Assembly (NCBI GenBank): GCA_947571655.1
Contig: CANOYR010000008.1
Location: 1,386-65,385, forward strand
Direction of reading: 5' to 3'
DNA length: 64,000 bases
DNA from: an uncultured Bacillales bacterium
Lineage (GTDB): Bacteria; Bacillota_I; Bacilli_A; RF39; UBA660
Shown here: positions 39,201-49,300 of the stretch, piece by piece
Layout of the letters: each line of letters begins with the position of its first letter
How positions within the stretch are numbered: the stretch's first letter is position 1
Notes under the pieces: model-generated
What the model was told of the DNA's origin: nothing
The model's database searches: none
Seen by the model: only the letters and a program-made list of their open reading frames with translations
Made by a program: the position numbers and the translations under genes

Positions 39201-41280
39201 TCTTACTGTTAGCGAAGGAACATTAGATCCAGTATTTGCTCCAGGAACAAATTCTTATACAGTCAATGTAGCTGGTAATGTTGATACAATTAATGTAGCA
39301 GCAACTTTAACAGATCCACGTGCAGAAATTGTAAGTGGTACAGGAGATCATTCATTAAATGTAGGTACTAATACAATTACAGTTCGTGTAAAAAGTGAGT
39401 CTGGAGCGTTCAATGATTATAAAATTGAAGTAACAAGAGCACAGAAAACAGATAATGATTTATTAGATTTAACGGTAGATGGAACAACAGTTCCAGGATT
39501 TAATAAAGATGTCTTAGAATATACACTAACGAATGTACCTTATTCAACAACAAGTATCTTAATCGGAGTAACAAAGTCTGATAGTGATGCGCGTGTTACT
39601 GGTACTGGTAGAAAGGCATTAGTAACGGGACTAAATACATTCGAAGTAGTAGTAACTGCACAAGATGGAACACCAAAAACGTATACAATTAAGGTAACAA
39701 GAGAGAAAAACAATGAAGCAAGATTAAGTTCATTGGTAATTAATGGACAAACTTTAGATCCAGCGTTTGACAGAGATACATTTGACTATGAAATTACAGT
39801 AGCAGCGGAAAAAGATACGCTATCACCAAACGAAATCACAGCAATTCCTGTAGATTCAAATGCAACTGTAGTAAAAGATGCTGCACTTAGTTTATCTACA
39901 ACAATCGATAACTACTATGAAATTCATGTAACCGCAGAAGATGGAACAGAAAAAACTTATACAATTAAAGTAAATCGTCCAAAATCAAGTGATGCTACTT
40001 TGAGGGAAGTAAAGGTAACAGGTGGGTCTCTTTCACCAACATTCAGTGCAGGAGAAACGTCTTATACAATTACACTTCCAACAGGAAGCACAAACTTCGA
40101 GATTGAAGGTATTGTGAATGTAGGTACTACACAAGTATTTGGAAATGGATCTTATACATTAGCAGATGGTACTGTAACACTTACAACAAGGGCAGAAGAT
40201 GGAACAGAAAAAACTTATACATTTACTATTACAGAAGCTTTAAGTAACGATGCAACACTTGCTAGTTTAAGTGTAACAGATCACAATTTGGATAAAACCT
40301 TCGTACCAACGACTTTAGGATATGATATTGGAAATGTTACTTATGGTACAACACAATTAGTGGTAAATGCCGTAGCAAAAAATATTAATTCTACCATTCA
40401 ATATTTCTTAGATGGAGTAGAACAATCAAGTAATATTATTAATATTCCTAATACTTTAGGACAAAAACAGATTACTGTAACAGTAACAGCACCAGATGGA
40501 CAAACGAAAGAATCTTATACAATTGACTATACTTTAGTTCAATCAAGTAATGCTTATCTAAAGATGATTACACCATCAACAGGAACTTTAAATCCAACCT
40601 TTGAAAAAACAACAAAAGATTATGAAGTAGCAGTTAGTGGAGAAACTACAAGTATTGATTTTACAATTGAAGCAGATGATGTGAATTCTACAGTTGCAGT
40701 AAATGGAGATACTTTCCAAGGAACGAAAACAGTTACTATGTCTAGTTTAACTGTAGGAGAAAATCCATTAACGATCTTAGTAACGGCACAAGATGGAACA
40801 ACAAAAACGTATAAAGTAGTAGTGAAGAGAGAACTTACAATTTCTGAGGTGATTACTTCTGATATTTATGGACATACTATTTTAGATGATTTTATTGAAA
40901 CTGTTAAACTAGATACAATCGGAAGTGAAATGAAAGATCAATTAGATAATCCAAATGAATATTTAGAAATCTGGACGGCTGATGAATCTAGTCAGGTAGG
41001 GGATACAGATACTTTAGCAACAGGTATGATTATTAAATTGATGATTAATGGAGAAGAAAAAGATAGGAAATACGTTGTTGTTAAAGGGGATACCTCAGGA
41101 GATGGATTTATTGATTTATTTGATGCAGTAAAGATTTTAAATCATGTTTTAGAAGAAGAGGGTGAGATGTTAACTGGTGCTTATTTAGAGGCTGGTTATA
41201 TCAATGATGATAGTATCGTAGATTTATTTGATGCAGTTAAAATTCTAAATCATGTATTGCAAGAAGAACTCATTCATTAG
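36235..41280 (+). CDS. Giant secreted protein: N-terminal domain, 14 cadherin-like beta-sandwich repeats, C-terminal dockerin (type A)
   Basis: Signal peptide MKKNIKCILETIILMIIIGFPNQTFA. About 90-aa repeats beginning (A/S)xL(S/K)xLTV...YT(I/V)xVxR. C-terminus GDTSGDGFIDLFDAVKILNHVL...GYINDDSIVDLFDAVKILNHVL = duplicated Ca-binding dockerin segments. Confidence 0.6.
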   Translation: MKKNIKCILETIILMIIIGFPNQTFAAAEHKFSLSGVVCPMDNYASETGNDKYYACMDDYLNGNLSETVVAGDKVEPGTTVMVILNYSPGDSHNVVALNAALRYDSTKWTPTVQEGSDFYDESQFPKPGRKVTWQTSFNVRGPGDISYYVEDTANSMTPLTQDTELGYVFLKLNDDVGTNEDITLTLGDEPGDTDLSDEDGNQVRPYKLSNMNLTTPEAEESTDASLKTLTVMNGTTTYSLDPAFTPGDETVTSYQAVVPNDITSVDLAATANDAGATVLPAGIGTKSVSVGDNSFDIVVTAASGATKTYTVHVYRLSNDATLSSLTLTNQVSIGALQAGKYTYTATVPYATASTTVSATATNTNATVKSGTGLWNLTNTGATKNTKIVKVEAENCKTEYRSVPGNSCTDQDYTIEITREEASSNNYLSSLTTDGTSVPGFVKTTNTYTLPDVSASKTSMTIAAVVEDTGKAKIVSGIGTVNLSVGDNSFDVVVEAENGTRNTYTIKVKKLSNNIKLASLNVTSNPQGNLSPTFSSTNTSGYTYTYDVTAPQITVAATVEDTGKAKVAIVDVSTNASATGTPTLNSATEVFSNTVTKVSVIVTAEDGSVQAYPITLSRSKSTNTYLSSLSIDETSLDQTFVKTTRTYTATVASNVTSVTVNAVAEDAPRATIKSITGNSNLQFGNNPIVITVKAESGLEETYTINLTREKSNVATLDDLTIDGTTVSGFNKNTLTYTIPGSVAYDKKSVTIGTIKTDPNSTVTGDGSVNLTTGQNQIVIKVTAQNGVDFNEYKINIERDKNSDNTVHGLTVAGKTPTLNSEGKYEVTLPNGQTTLDPSDVVVTVGDGATVTKGNAINLSTENVNTYQFTVTSESGVTETYTVLVTREPSTSTTLSKVTLNIGTDSSRSCVMSGDTCKITVPADTTDFTLTTEIPSTSTISPVDGTTHTMGTTESTKNITLTVTAEDGTTTKDYTLVVEREKSTVNTLATLTVSEGTLDPVFAPGTNSYTVNVAGNVDTINVAATLTDPRAEIVSGTGDHSLNVGTNTITVRVKSESGAFNDYKIEVTRAQKTDNDLLDLTVDGTTVPGFNKDVLEYTLTNVPYSTTSILIGVTKSDSDARVTGTGRKALVTGLNTFEVVVTAQDGTPKTYTIKVTREKNNEARLSSLVINGQTLDPAFDRDTFDYEITVAAEKDTLSPNEITAIPVDSNATVVKDAALSLSTTIDNYYEIHVTAEDGTEKTYTIKVNRPKSSDATLREVKVTGGSLSPTFSAGETSYTITLPTGSTNFEIEGIVNVGTTQVFGNGSYTLADGTVTLTTRAEDGTEKTYTFTITEALSNDATLASLSVTDHNLDKTFVPTTLGYDIGNVTYGTTQLVVNAVAKNINSTIQYFLDGVEQSSNIINIPNTLGQKQITVTVTAPDGQTKESYTIDYTLVQSSNAYLKMITPSTGTLNPTFEKTTKDYEVAVSGETTSIDFTIEADDVNSTVAVNGDTFQGTKTVTMSSLTVGENPLTILVTAQDGTTKTYKVVVKRELTISEVITSDIYGHTILDDFIETVKLDTIGSEMKDQLDNPNEYLEIWTADESSQVGDTDTLATGMIIKLMINGEEKDRKYVVVKGDTSGDGFIDLFDAVKILNHVLEEEGEMLTGAYLEAGYINDDSIVDLFDAVKILNHVLQEELIH

Positions 41281-41294
41281 AAGTAGGAGGAAGT

Positions 41295-43490
41295 ATGAAA
41301 ATAAAAAAAAGTTTAAACTTATTAATCATTTTGGCATTAATATGCTCCATATTTGGTTTTTCTACTCAAGTAAAGGCAGAAACTGGTAGTGGAAGATTTG
41401 GTTTTGGAGGAAATTCAACAGTTAGTCTTGGTAGTAATATTACAATTACATTGTATGTAACAGATATTAAAGATGTTATCAGTGGAATTACTAGTATTGA
41501 GGCAAATTTAAGTTTTGATAGTCAATATTTGGAATATGTGTCTGGAACAGGAATGACTGATCCATATAAGGCAAGAATTAATACATCAGCAAATTATAAA
41601 ATTGCAGCTTTAGATACCGATTTGATTGGTTTTAACACTCAGACTACAATTATGACATTTGTATTTAAGGCATTAAAGGAAGGAGAAACAGAAGTTACAG
41701 TAACAGGAACAAAATTAACAGATAAGAAAAATCAATTGACTTCTACTGTAACTCCTAAGAAAATTACGATTGGTCCAAAGAGTACACCGACTCCAACGCC
41801 AACGCCAACGCAAAAGCCGACACCTACACCGACTCCAACGCCAACACCCTCAACACCGCCTTCAAAGAGCAGTGATGCAACATTAAAAACTTTAGTTGCC
41901 AGTGGATATACATTAAGTCCAAGTTTCTCAGCAGATACAACGAATTACACGGTAAAAGTACCAAGTGATGCAACAAATGTAATATTACAGGGAACAGCAA
42001 ATCATGGAAAAGCAACAATTGCAGGACTTGGAACAATTAATTTGACAGGAGATAGTACAACAGCAACGGTTACAGTAACGGCAGAAGATGGAAGTAAAAA
42101 AACATATACAATTCTTATTGAAAAAGAAAATAGGCAAGAAGTTCCAAAAGATGGGAATGCAAACTTAAAGAGTTTAAGTGTCAGTGGGTATACATTAAGT
42201 CCTACGTTTAAAAGTAATGTTAATACTTATTCTATGAGTGTTAAGAATAATGTTACAGGATTGGATGTTAGTGCAATTCCAGCAAGTGATAAAGCAAGTG
42301 TAGTAGTTACTGGAAATAAAGGATGGAAAGTGGGAGTCAATGTAGTTACTATAAAAGTAACGGCAGAAGATGGTAGTCAAAATACATATATTATCAATGT
42401 TACTAGAGCATCTTCTACTCCAAAAGAAACAGCTGCAGCAAAATCTACAGATAATTATTTGAAGTCTTTAATTATTAATTCTTCTCATGAAATTACGCCA
42501 GCTTTTGATAAGAATAAATCAAATTATACGGTTACAGTTCCTTATGAAGTTGATAAGTTAGATTTGACGTATCTTACTAATCATTCTAATGCGAAAGTAA
42601 AAGTCAATGGAAATAGTAATTTTAAAGTTGGAGAAGTTAATACTGTTGAAATTGAAGTAACAGCGGAAGATGGAACGGTTCGTATTTATACTTTAAATGT
42701 TACGCGTAGTACTCAAACTGGTAAAACAGATTTAAAAGAATTAACAGTAACGAATGGAGTTTTAAGTCCAAATTTTGATCCAAATGTTTTAGAATATAAT
42801 GTAAAAGTTGATGGAAAAATAGATCAGTTAGATATTCGTGCGATTGCTAAAGATCCTGATTCTAAAGTGGAAATTATTGGTAATAGTAATCTTAAAGAGG
42901 GAAAAAATACAGTTTTAGTAAAGGTTACAGATAAAAATGGATTTACGAAGTATTATACAATCAATGTAGAAAAGGAAACAAAGAAGAATACCATTTTAGG
43001 TCTTTCTCCACTTCAGTTTGGAATTATTACAGGTATTATTAGTTTATTATTATTGTTACTTCTCTTCTTATTATTTAAGAAAAGAAAGAAAGATGATGAA
43101 ACTTCAGTAGCATCAATTGCTCCTCAACCTCCAGTAACTCCGATTATTGAAGTAAAACCAGAATTTAATTTTGGTTCTAAGAACAGTTCTGATGATGATG
43201 TTGTCCATGGAAATTTCAATCAAAATAGTACAATTACAGGAACAAATTCTTTACCAGAACCTAAAGCAATAGAAGCAATTGAGGCAAGTTATGAGGAATT
43301 AGAAGAGAATGTTCCTTATGATCCATATGATGAAACAGTAACAAAAAGAGAAATTATTGATGCTATTAATGAGGCAACGAGAACAAAAGATCCAGCAAAA
43401 TTAAAGATGTTATTAGAACAAGATGCATTAAATCAAAAGAAAAAAGAATTAAAAAGAAAAGAAGCAGAATTAAGAAATAGAAAATATTAA
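41295..43490 (+). CDS. Membrane-anchored scaffoldin-like protein: cohesin-like module, Thr/Pro linker, 4 cadherin-like repeats, TM helix, cytoplasmic tail
   Basis: GGAGGAAG RBS. Cohesin-like N-module, (TP)n linker, repeats, hydrophobic IITGIISLLLLLLLFLLF followed by a KKRKK stop-transfer. Confidence 0.55.
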   Translation: MKIKKSLNLLIILALICSIFGFSTQVKAETGSGRFGFGGNSTVSLGSNITITLYVTDIKDVISGITSIEANLSFDSQYLEYVSGTGMTDPYKARINTSANYKIAALDTDLIGFNTQTTIMTFVFKALKEGETEVTVTGTKLTDKKNQLTSTVTPKKITIGPKSTPTPTPTPTQKPTPTPTPTPTPSTPPSKSSDATLKTLVASGYTLSPSFSADTTNYTVKVPSDATNVILQGTANHGKATIAGLGTINLTGDSTTATVTVTAEDGSKKTYTILIEKENRQEVPKDGNANLKSLSVSGYTLSPTFKSNVNTYSMSVKNNVTGLDVSAIPASDKASVVVTGNKGWKVGVNVVTIKVTAEDGSQNTYIINVTRASSTPKETAAAKSTDNYLKSLIINSSHEITPAFDKNKSNYTVTVPYEVDKLDLTYLTNHSNAKVKVNGNSNFKVGEVNTVEIEVTAEDGTVRIYTLNVTRSTQTGKTDLKELTVTNGVLSPNFDPNVLEYNVKVDGKIDQLDIRAIAKDPDSKVEIIGNSNLKEGKNTVLVKVTDKNGFTKYYTINVEKETKKNTILGLSPLQFGIITGIISLLLLLLLFLLFKKRKKDDETSVASIAPQPPVTPIIEVKPEFNFGSKNSSDDDVVHGNFNQNSTITGTNSLPEPKAIEAIEASYEELEENVPYDPYDETVTKREIIDAINEATRTKDPAKLKMLLEQDALNQKKKELKRKEAELRNRKY

Positions 43491-43507
43491 CATTGGAGGT
43501 ATTCATT

Positions 43508-44401
43508 ATGAAGAAAAACTGTAGGAAGAAATTGTATTTTATAATCCTATTTTTTTTCTTCTTTTTTTATCCTCTATTGGTCGGTGCTGAGGGCAAGGCA
43601 ACTACTGGAGTAAGAATCGAAGGAAAACCTTATTTAGATGAAACTTTTGATGTTGTTTTATATATTAATGATGTTTCTGGTACTACAAATGATGAAGGGC
43701 TTGCTGCTTTTGGAGGACATTTTTATTATGATACAGATAAATTAGAACTTGTTGAGTATCAATCGTTAGGTCCTTTTAATGTTAAAGTAGTAGGGAATAA
43801 TGTCGGTGGTTTTGGGTTGGATTATATTACTGGATATCAGGATGTTTTAAAATTCACGTTTCGTGCATTAAAACTGGGAGATGCAATCATTGACTATCCT
43901 GATAATGATCAACCAGATTCTAAAGCAAATCCAGTGAATATTGCTGGATGTCAGAAAATTGTTTCTATTACGAATCGTCCTATTCCTCTAACAATTGATC
44001 AAACGGATCTTTTTATACTTACCGGAAAGAGTAAAAAACTAACCGCTAGTTATCATTTAGAAGGAGAGGTAACAGGAGTTTGGACTTCTTTAAATCCTTT
44101 CATTGCTTCTGTTGATCAATTTGGTAATGTTACTGGAAATTCTCCTGGAGTTACAACGATTATTTATCAGACTAGTAATGGTTATCAGGTAGAGTGTGAA
44201 GTAACAATTTCCGATTATTTAAAGGGGGATGTTAATCAAGATGGTAAGATAACTATAAAAGATGTAATGGAAGTTATTTATTTTTATATCAAGAAGAAAG
44301 TTCCAACAGAGAGTTCTTATATTATTGGAGATATGAATGAGGATGGAAAATTGAATTTAAAGGATGCGAATTTGATTCTTGCTATTTATATGAAAAAATA
44401 G
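43508..44401 (+). CDS. Adaptor-like protein: cohesin-like module, BIG2-like domain, dockerin (type B)
   Basis: Signal peptide. C-terminal GDVNQDGKITIKDVMEVIYFY...GDMNEDGKLNLKDANLILAIY = canonical two-loop dockerin. Confidence 0.55.
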   Translation: MKKNCRKKLYFIILFFFFFFYPLLVGAEGKATTGVRIEGKPYLDETFDVVLYINDVSGTTNDEGLAAFGGHFYYDTDKLELVEYQSLGPFNVKVVGNNVGGFGLDYITGYQDVLKFTFRALKLGDAIIDYPDNDQPDSKANPVNIAGCQKIVSITNRPIPLTIDQTDLFILTGKSKKLTASYHLEGEVTGVWTSLNPFIASVDQFGNVTGNSPGVTTIIYQTSNGYQVECEVTISDYLKGDVNQDGKITIKDVMEVIYFYIKKKVPTESSYIIGDMNEDGKLNLKDANLILAIYMKK

Positions 44402-44806
44402 GAAAATGATTCAGTATTAAAGTGGTGTAAAGTAAAATGTTCACTGCTTTTTTTGTTTTTTATGAGAAAATTTATACCTTTTAGAGTTTGTATGTTTTTT
44501 ACTAGGTTTTGGGTGATTATTATCAATCTCTAAAACTTTAGTTTTTTCTTTGAAAAATAAAATATTAGTAGTAACTATCAATTTATAAATTATACAGGTC
44601 TTAGAGTTAAAGAATCATTTTGAAAGATGTAATCCAATTCTTGGTATTTATCTAGAAAAATAACGATAAAATTTTCTTTTTTGTTAAATTTAATTAGAAA
44701 TCAAAATCTAGACTTTCTAAGGTATAAGTGCTATAATGAAAATAGGACACGATAGGTGATAAGTAGGAAAGGAGAAGAAACAGTAAAAGGTGTTTCAAAT
44801 AATAAA

Positions 44807-45586
44807 ATGAAAAAGAGGTTGAAGAAGAATCAAAAAATAATTATAAAAATCTTTCTTTTATTTAGTGTTTTTTTGATAAATCCATGGATAGAAGTAAGTG
44901 CAGTAGATGATACTACTGGGAAAAGAAATATTGAGAATGCAACTGTAGAAGGGCTTTATAATTATCCATTTACAGGCTCTTATATCAAACCAGATACTAT
45001 TGTTGTAAAATATGAAGGGGAAGTATTAGTAGAAAAAACAGATTATACGATTAGTTTTTCTGGATTTTATGGACCAGGTACTATTACGGTTACTATTAAA
45101 GGAAAAAATAATTATGAAGGAACTTTAATTCAGGAATATGAAATTATTAGAAATACAGATTACATTCTAAAAATGAATAAACCAGTATTAAGTCTTTCTT
45201 TACAGGGCATGCAAACTTTAAGTTTATATACGACACCAAGTGTTTATATCAATCCTAGTAAAATTCAGTGGCAATCTTCTAATCCAATGATAGTTTCTGT
45301 TAATGAAAATGGAAACTTAACACCAATAGGGCTTGGGGATGCTACGATTACAGCAACATTTAATGGACAGAGTGTAACAAGTCAAGTAACTGTAGTAGAG
45401 TATTTAAAAGGTGATATTAATAAAGATGGGAAGGTAAATTTAAAGGATGTAATGGAAGTTATCTATTTTTATACTAAGAAGAAAACTCCAACGGAAGAGA
45501 GTTATTTATTAGGAGATATGAATGGGGATGGAAAATTGAATTTGAAAGATGCAACACCAATCCTAGAAATTTATTTAAAGAAATAA
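44807..45586 (+). CDS. Secreted Ig-like domain protein with dockerin (type B)
   Basis: Signal peptide. C-terminal GDINKDGKVNLKDVMEVIYFY...GDMNGDGKLNLKDATPILEIY, near-identical in pattern to the previous gene's dockerin. Confidence 0.55.
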   Translation: MKKRLKKNQKIIIKIFLLFSVFLINPWIEVSAVDDTTGKRNIENATVEGLYNYPFTGSYIKPDTIVVKYEGEVLVEKTDYTISFSGFYGPGTITVTIKGKNNYEGTLIQEYEIIRNTDYILKMNKPVLSLSLQGMQTLSLYTTPSVYINPSKIQWQSSNPMIVSVNENGNLTPIGLGDATITATFNGQSVTSQVTVVEYLKGDINKDGKVNLKDVMEVIYFYTKKKTPTEESYLLGDMNGDGKLNLKDATPILEIYLKK

Positions 45587-45589
45587 ATT

Positions 45590-46309
45590 ATGAAAATTAA
45601 GAAAAGATATAAACTTTACTTCATCAATATTATGATTTTAATCATAGTGGGAGTTTTTTGTTTTTCTATTTATCGTTATCTTCAGCTTTTCTATTTTAAA
45701 GAGGCAAGTAAAAAAGTAAATGAAAAACTTATTGAGGAGGTCATTAAGGAAACTGATTCTTCTAAGGAAGGAAAGGAAACGTCTGAATTTGTAATTGATT
45801 TTCAGAAATTAAAAGAAATTAATAAAGATGTGGTTGGTTGGATATATATTCCTAAAACAAAGATTAATTATCCGATTGTTCAAAGAGAAGATAATTGGTA
45901 TTATCTCAATCATGATATTTATCAAAAGTATAATATATTAGGATCTATTTATATGAATGCATATAATCAAAATGATTTTTCAGATGAAAATACTATTTTA
46001 TTTGGTCATAACAATCATCAAGATCATTTGATGTTTACAGACTTAAAAGAAGTCTATGATGGATTACTTGGTGAGGAACTTTTTATTTATATCTATACAG
46101 AAACAGAAACTTACATTTATCAGGTTTATTCTGTTTATCTTGCTGATCCATCTGATGAGGCACCACTAAATATAAAGACGAATTTTTTTGAGAAAACAGA
46201 GAGAAAGTTCTTATATGAAGCAAGTAATTTTAAAAAGACACTGACCTTATCTACTTGTTATAAAGATAGTAGTCAAAGAATTATTGTTCATGCGTCAAGA
46301 AGTGTCTAG
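45590..46309 (+). CDS. srtB: Sortase, class B-like
   Basis: N-terminal TM anchor, conserved His (ILFGHN), catalytic TLSTC motif, downstream Arg. Start overlaps the preceding stop. Confidence 0.65.
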   Translation: MKIKKRYKLYFINIMILIIVGVFCFSIYRYLQLFYFKEASKKVNEKLIEEVIKETDSSKEGKETSEFVIDFQKLKEINKDVVGWIYIPKTKINYPIVQREDNWYYLNHDIYQKYNILGSIYMNAYNQNDFSDENTILFGHNNHQDHLMFTDLKEVYDGLLGEELFIYIYTETETYIYQVYSVYLADPSDEAPLNIKTNFFEKTERKFLYEASNFKKTLTLSTCYKDSSQRIIVHASRSV

Positions 46310-46395
46310 AATAAAAAATAAACTATTTTATTTATGTCAAAGTAATGCTATAATAATGTTAATAAATAGAAAATATATCTATGGGAGGAAAAAGT

Positions 46396-49300
46396 ATGAA
46401 ACTAAAGAAGAAATATAAGGCAATATTGTTATCTTTTGTCTTAGTTGCACTTTTAACAGTTACTAATATGATTGTTGGGGCTTCTAATGTAGCTAAAATG
46501 TCAATAGAACCATTAGCGGGAGATATTGAACCAGGAGATACGTTTACTTTAAATGTAAAGCTTCAAGATTCTGAATATTTTAATGCTTTAGGATATCGAA
46601 TGATTTTCGATGATACAGCATTTGAATTTCAGAGTGCTACGTTCTTAGAGGGAAAAAATACATATAGTATTAGGGAAGTAAATAATGCAGGAAATGAGGT
46701 GCTTTTTGCTTCTATAAATACTAGTCAAACCAATTACGAAGATTGTAATGGGATTATAGCGACTGTAACTTTTAAAGCAAAGAGTACAGCTGTAGGAGAA
46801 TATGATTTTAATCTTGTAATGGATCGTGATACTGGAGATGATGAGTTCTTTAAAACGGATGTCGATATGAACGATATAGATTTAGAATTAGAAACAGGTT
46901 CTTTGAAGGTCAAAGTAAAAGTTGATGCTACAGATATTACAGTATCACCAACTGCATTAGATTTGATTAAAGGAAATACTTCTAAGATTACAATCGCTTC
47001 TGTGCCTAGTAAGGTAACGACATTAAGAAATGCTAGTATTACAGTAAATCCTAGTGGAGTTGTAACTGTTGATGATGATGGAAATGTAGAGGCAATTGGG
47101 AACGGAACAGCAACAATTAGTGTAACTGCTTATGGAATTACCAAAACAATTCCAGTGAGTGTTACTAATCCAATTACTGGAATTTCTTTAGATAAAACTT
47201 CTTTAGAATTAGGAAAAGGACAGACTTATCAATTAAAGGCAACGATTAATCCTAGTGATACATCAGAATCAAAAACAATTATTTGGAGTTCTACCAATGA
47301 TGATATTGCTACTGTTAGTAGTGATGGAACTGTAACAGCAGTTGGAAATGTTGGTGATACAAAAGCAACGATTCGTGCTACTTCTTCTAACCCAGCTTAC
47401 TATGCAGAGTGTGTAGTAGATATTGTAATTCCAATTACTTCTGTCAATATGGATCAAACTCCAATTACTTTAAATAAGGGTGAAGAAAGACAATTGTCTT
47501 TTACTTATGAACCTAGTAATACAACACAAGATAGAACAATTACTTGGGAGTCATCAGATCCAACTGTTGCTACTGTGAATAATGGAAAAGTAACAGCAGT
47601 AAAAGGTGGTACTACTACAATTACAGCTTCTATGTTAAATAAAACATGGACAAAATCAGTAGTTATTACAGTAGAAGTTGGATTAAATGATGTTATTTTA
47701 ACTCCAACAAGTGTCGAATTATTACCAGGACAAGAACAAACGATTCAGCCATCATTTGATCCGTTTGATGCTACTCATAAAGATATTACATGGGCTTCTT
47801 TAGATAGTGGGATTGCAAGTGTTGATGGGAATGGAAAAATTACAGCAGTTGCACCAGGAACTACAACGATTACTGCTACTTATCAAACATTGACAGGTGA
47901 AAAAACGAAAAATGTACAAGTAAAAGTGTTAATTCCAATTACTGGTGTAACAATTAAACCAAATAGTGCGATTACAATTAATAAAGGCGATTCAACTACT
48001 TTATCAGTAGAAGTTACTCCAGCGAATGCAGAAGAGGATAAAACTGTAACTTGGAGTAGTAATCAACCTAATATTGCATCTGTTGATTCATCTGGCGTTG
48101 TTACTGGGAATGCAAATGGTACTGCTGTAATTACTGGAACACTAAAAAATGGAAAAACAGTAACTGCAAATATTACTGTTCATGTACCAATTAGTAATAT
48201 CACTTTAAATAAAAGCGTATTAAATTTAAATAAAGGGGATACTTATCATGAATTAGTTGCAACTATTCAACCTAGTGATTCAACAATCAAAGCAGTTAAT
48301 TGGACAACTTCAAATGATAAAGTTGCTACTGTCAATGCTACAACTGGTGAGATTACTGCAATCGCAGATGGAACTGCTATTATTACAGCAACTGCAGAAG
48401 GACAAACTGCGACTGTTACTGTATATGTTACAACAGCAGTAACTAGTATTTCTATTAATCAAGGAACAACAAAAGCAATGTTAAAAGGGGATACAGGTAC
48501 TTTAACAGCGACTGTTCTTCCAAACGATGCAACAGATAAGACTGTAACTTGGTCATCTAATCAACCAGAAATTGTAAGTGTAGATTCTAATGGAAATATT
48601 GCTGCAAAAGCTGGTGGAACTGCAGTAATTACTGCAAAATCAGGAAGTAAAATAGCAAGTATTACAATTACGGTTCGTGTTCCAATTACAACATTTGAAC
48701 TTGCGCTTGAAGATCAAAATCCAACAATTTTGAGAGGTGCAAAGAATGCTAAAGTTTTAAAAACAGTAATTGGACCTGAGGATGCAACCGATGATAGAAC
48801 AATCGAATGGACTTCTTCTGATTCTACCATAGCTACTGTTGATAGTACTGGGAAGGTAACTGGAATTAAAGAAGGTACTGCAACGATTACAGGTAGGTTA
48901 ACTTCAACAGGTGCTACTGTTACTTCTAATGTTACAATTGAAGTAATTGAACTTACAGGAATTAAAGTAGAATTGGAAAGTGATGATATTTTAAAGGGAA
49001 GAAATTATCAAGTGAATGTAATTCCAATCCCAGAAGATTCAACAGAGCTTGAAAATATCGAATATACAAGTAGTGATGAAGATGTCTTTACCGTATCTAG
49101 TGATGGTGTCATTACTGGAATTAAAGAAGGTACTGCAACATTAACAGTAACAGTTTTAGGACCTGGTGTTACAAGAGCTGCTGCGATTACTGAGCAAGTT
49201 GAAGTTCATGTTCGTGAAGTTCAATTAGAGGGAATTCATATTATTCCAATTACAAAAGAATTAACGATTGGGGAAACAGCTCAGATTATGATTGATGTTT

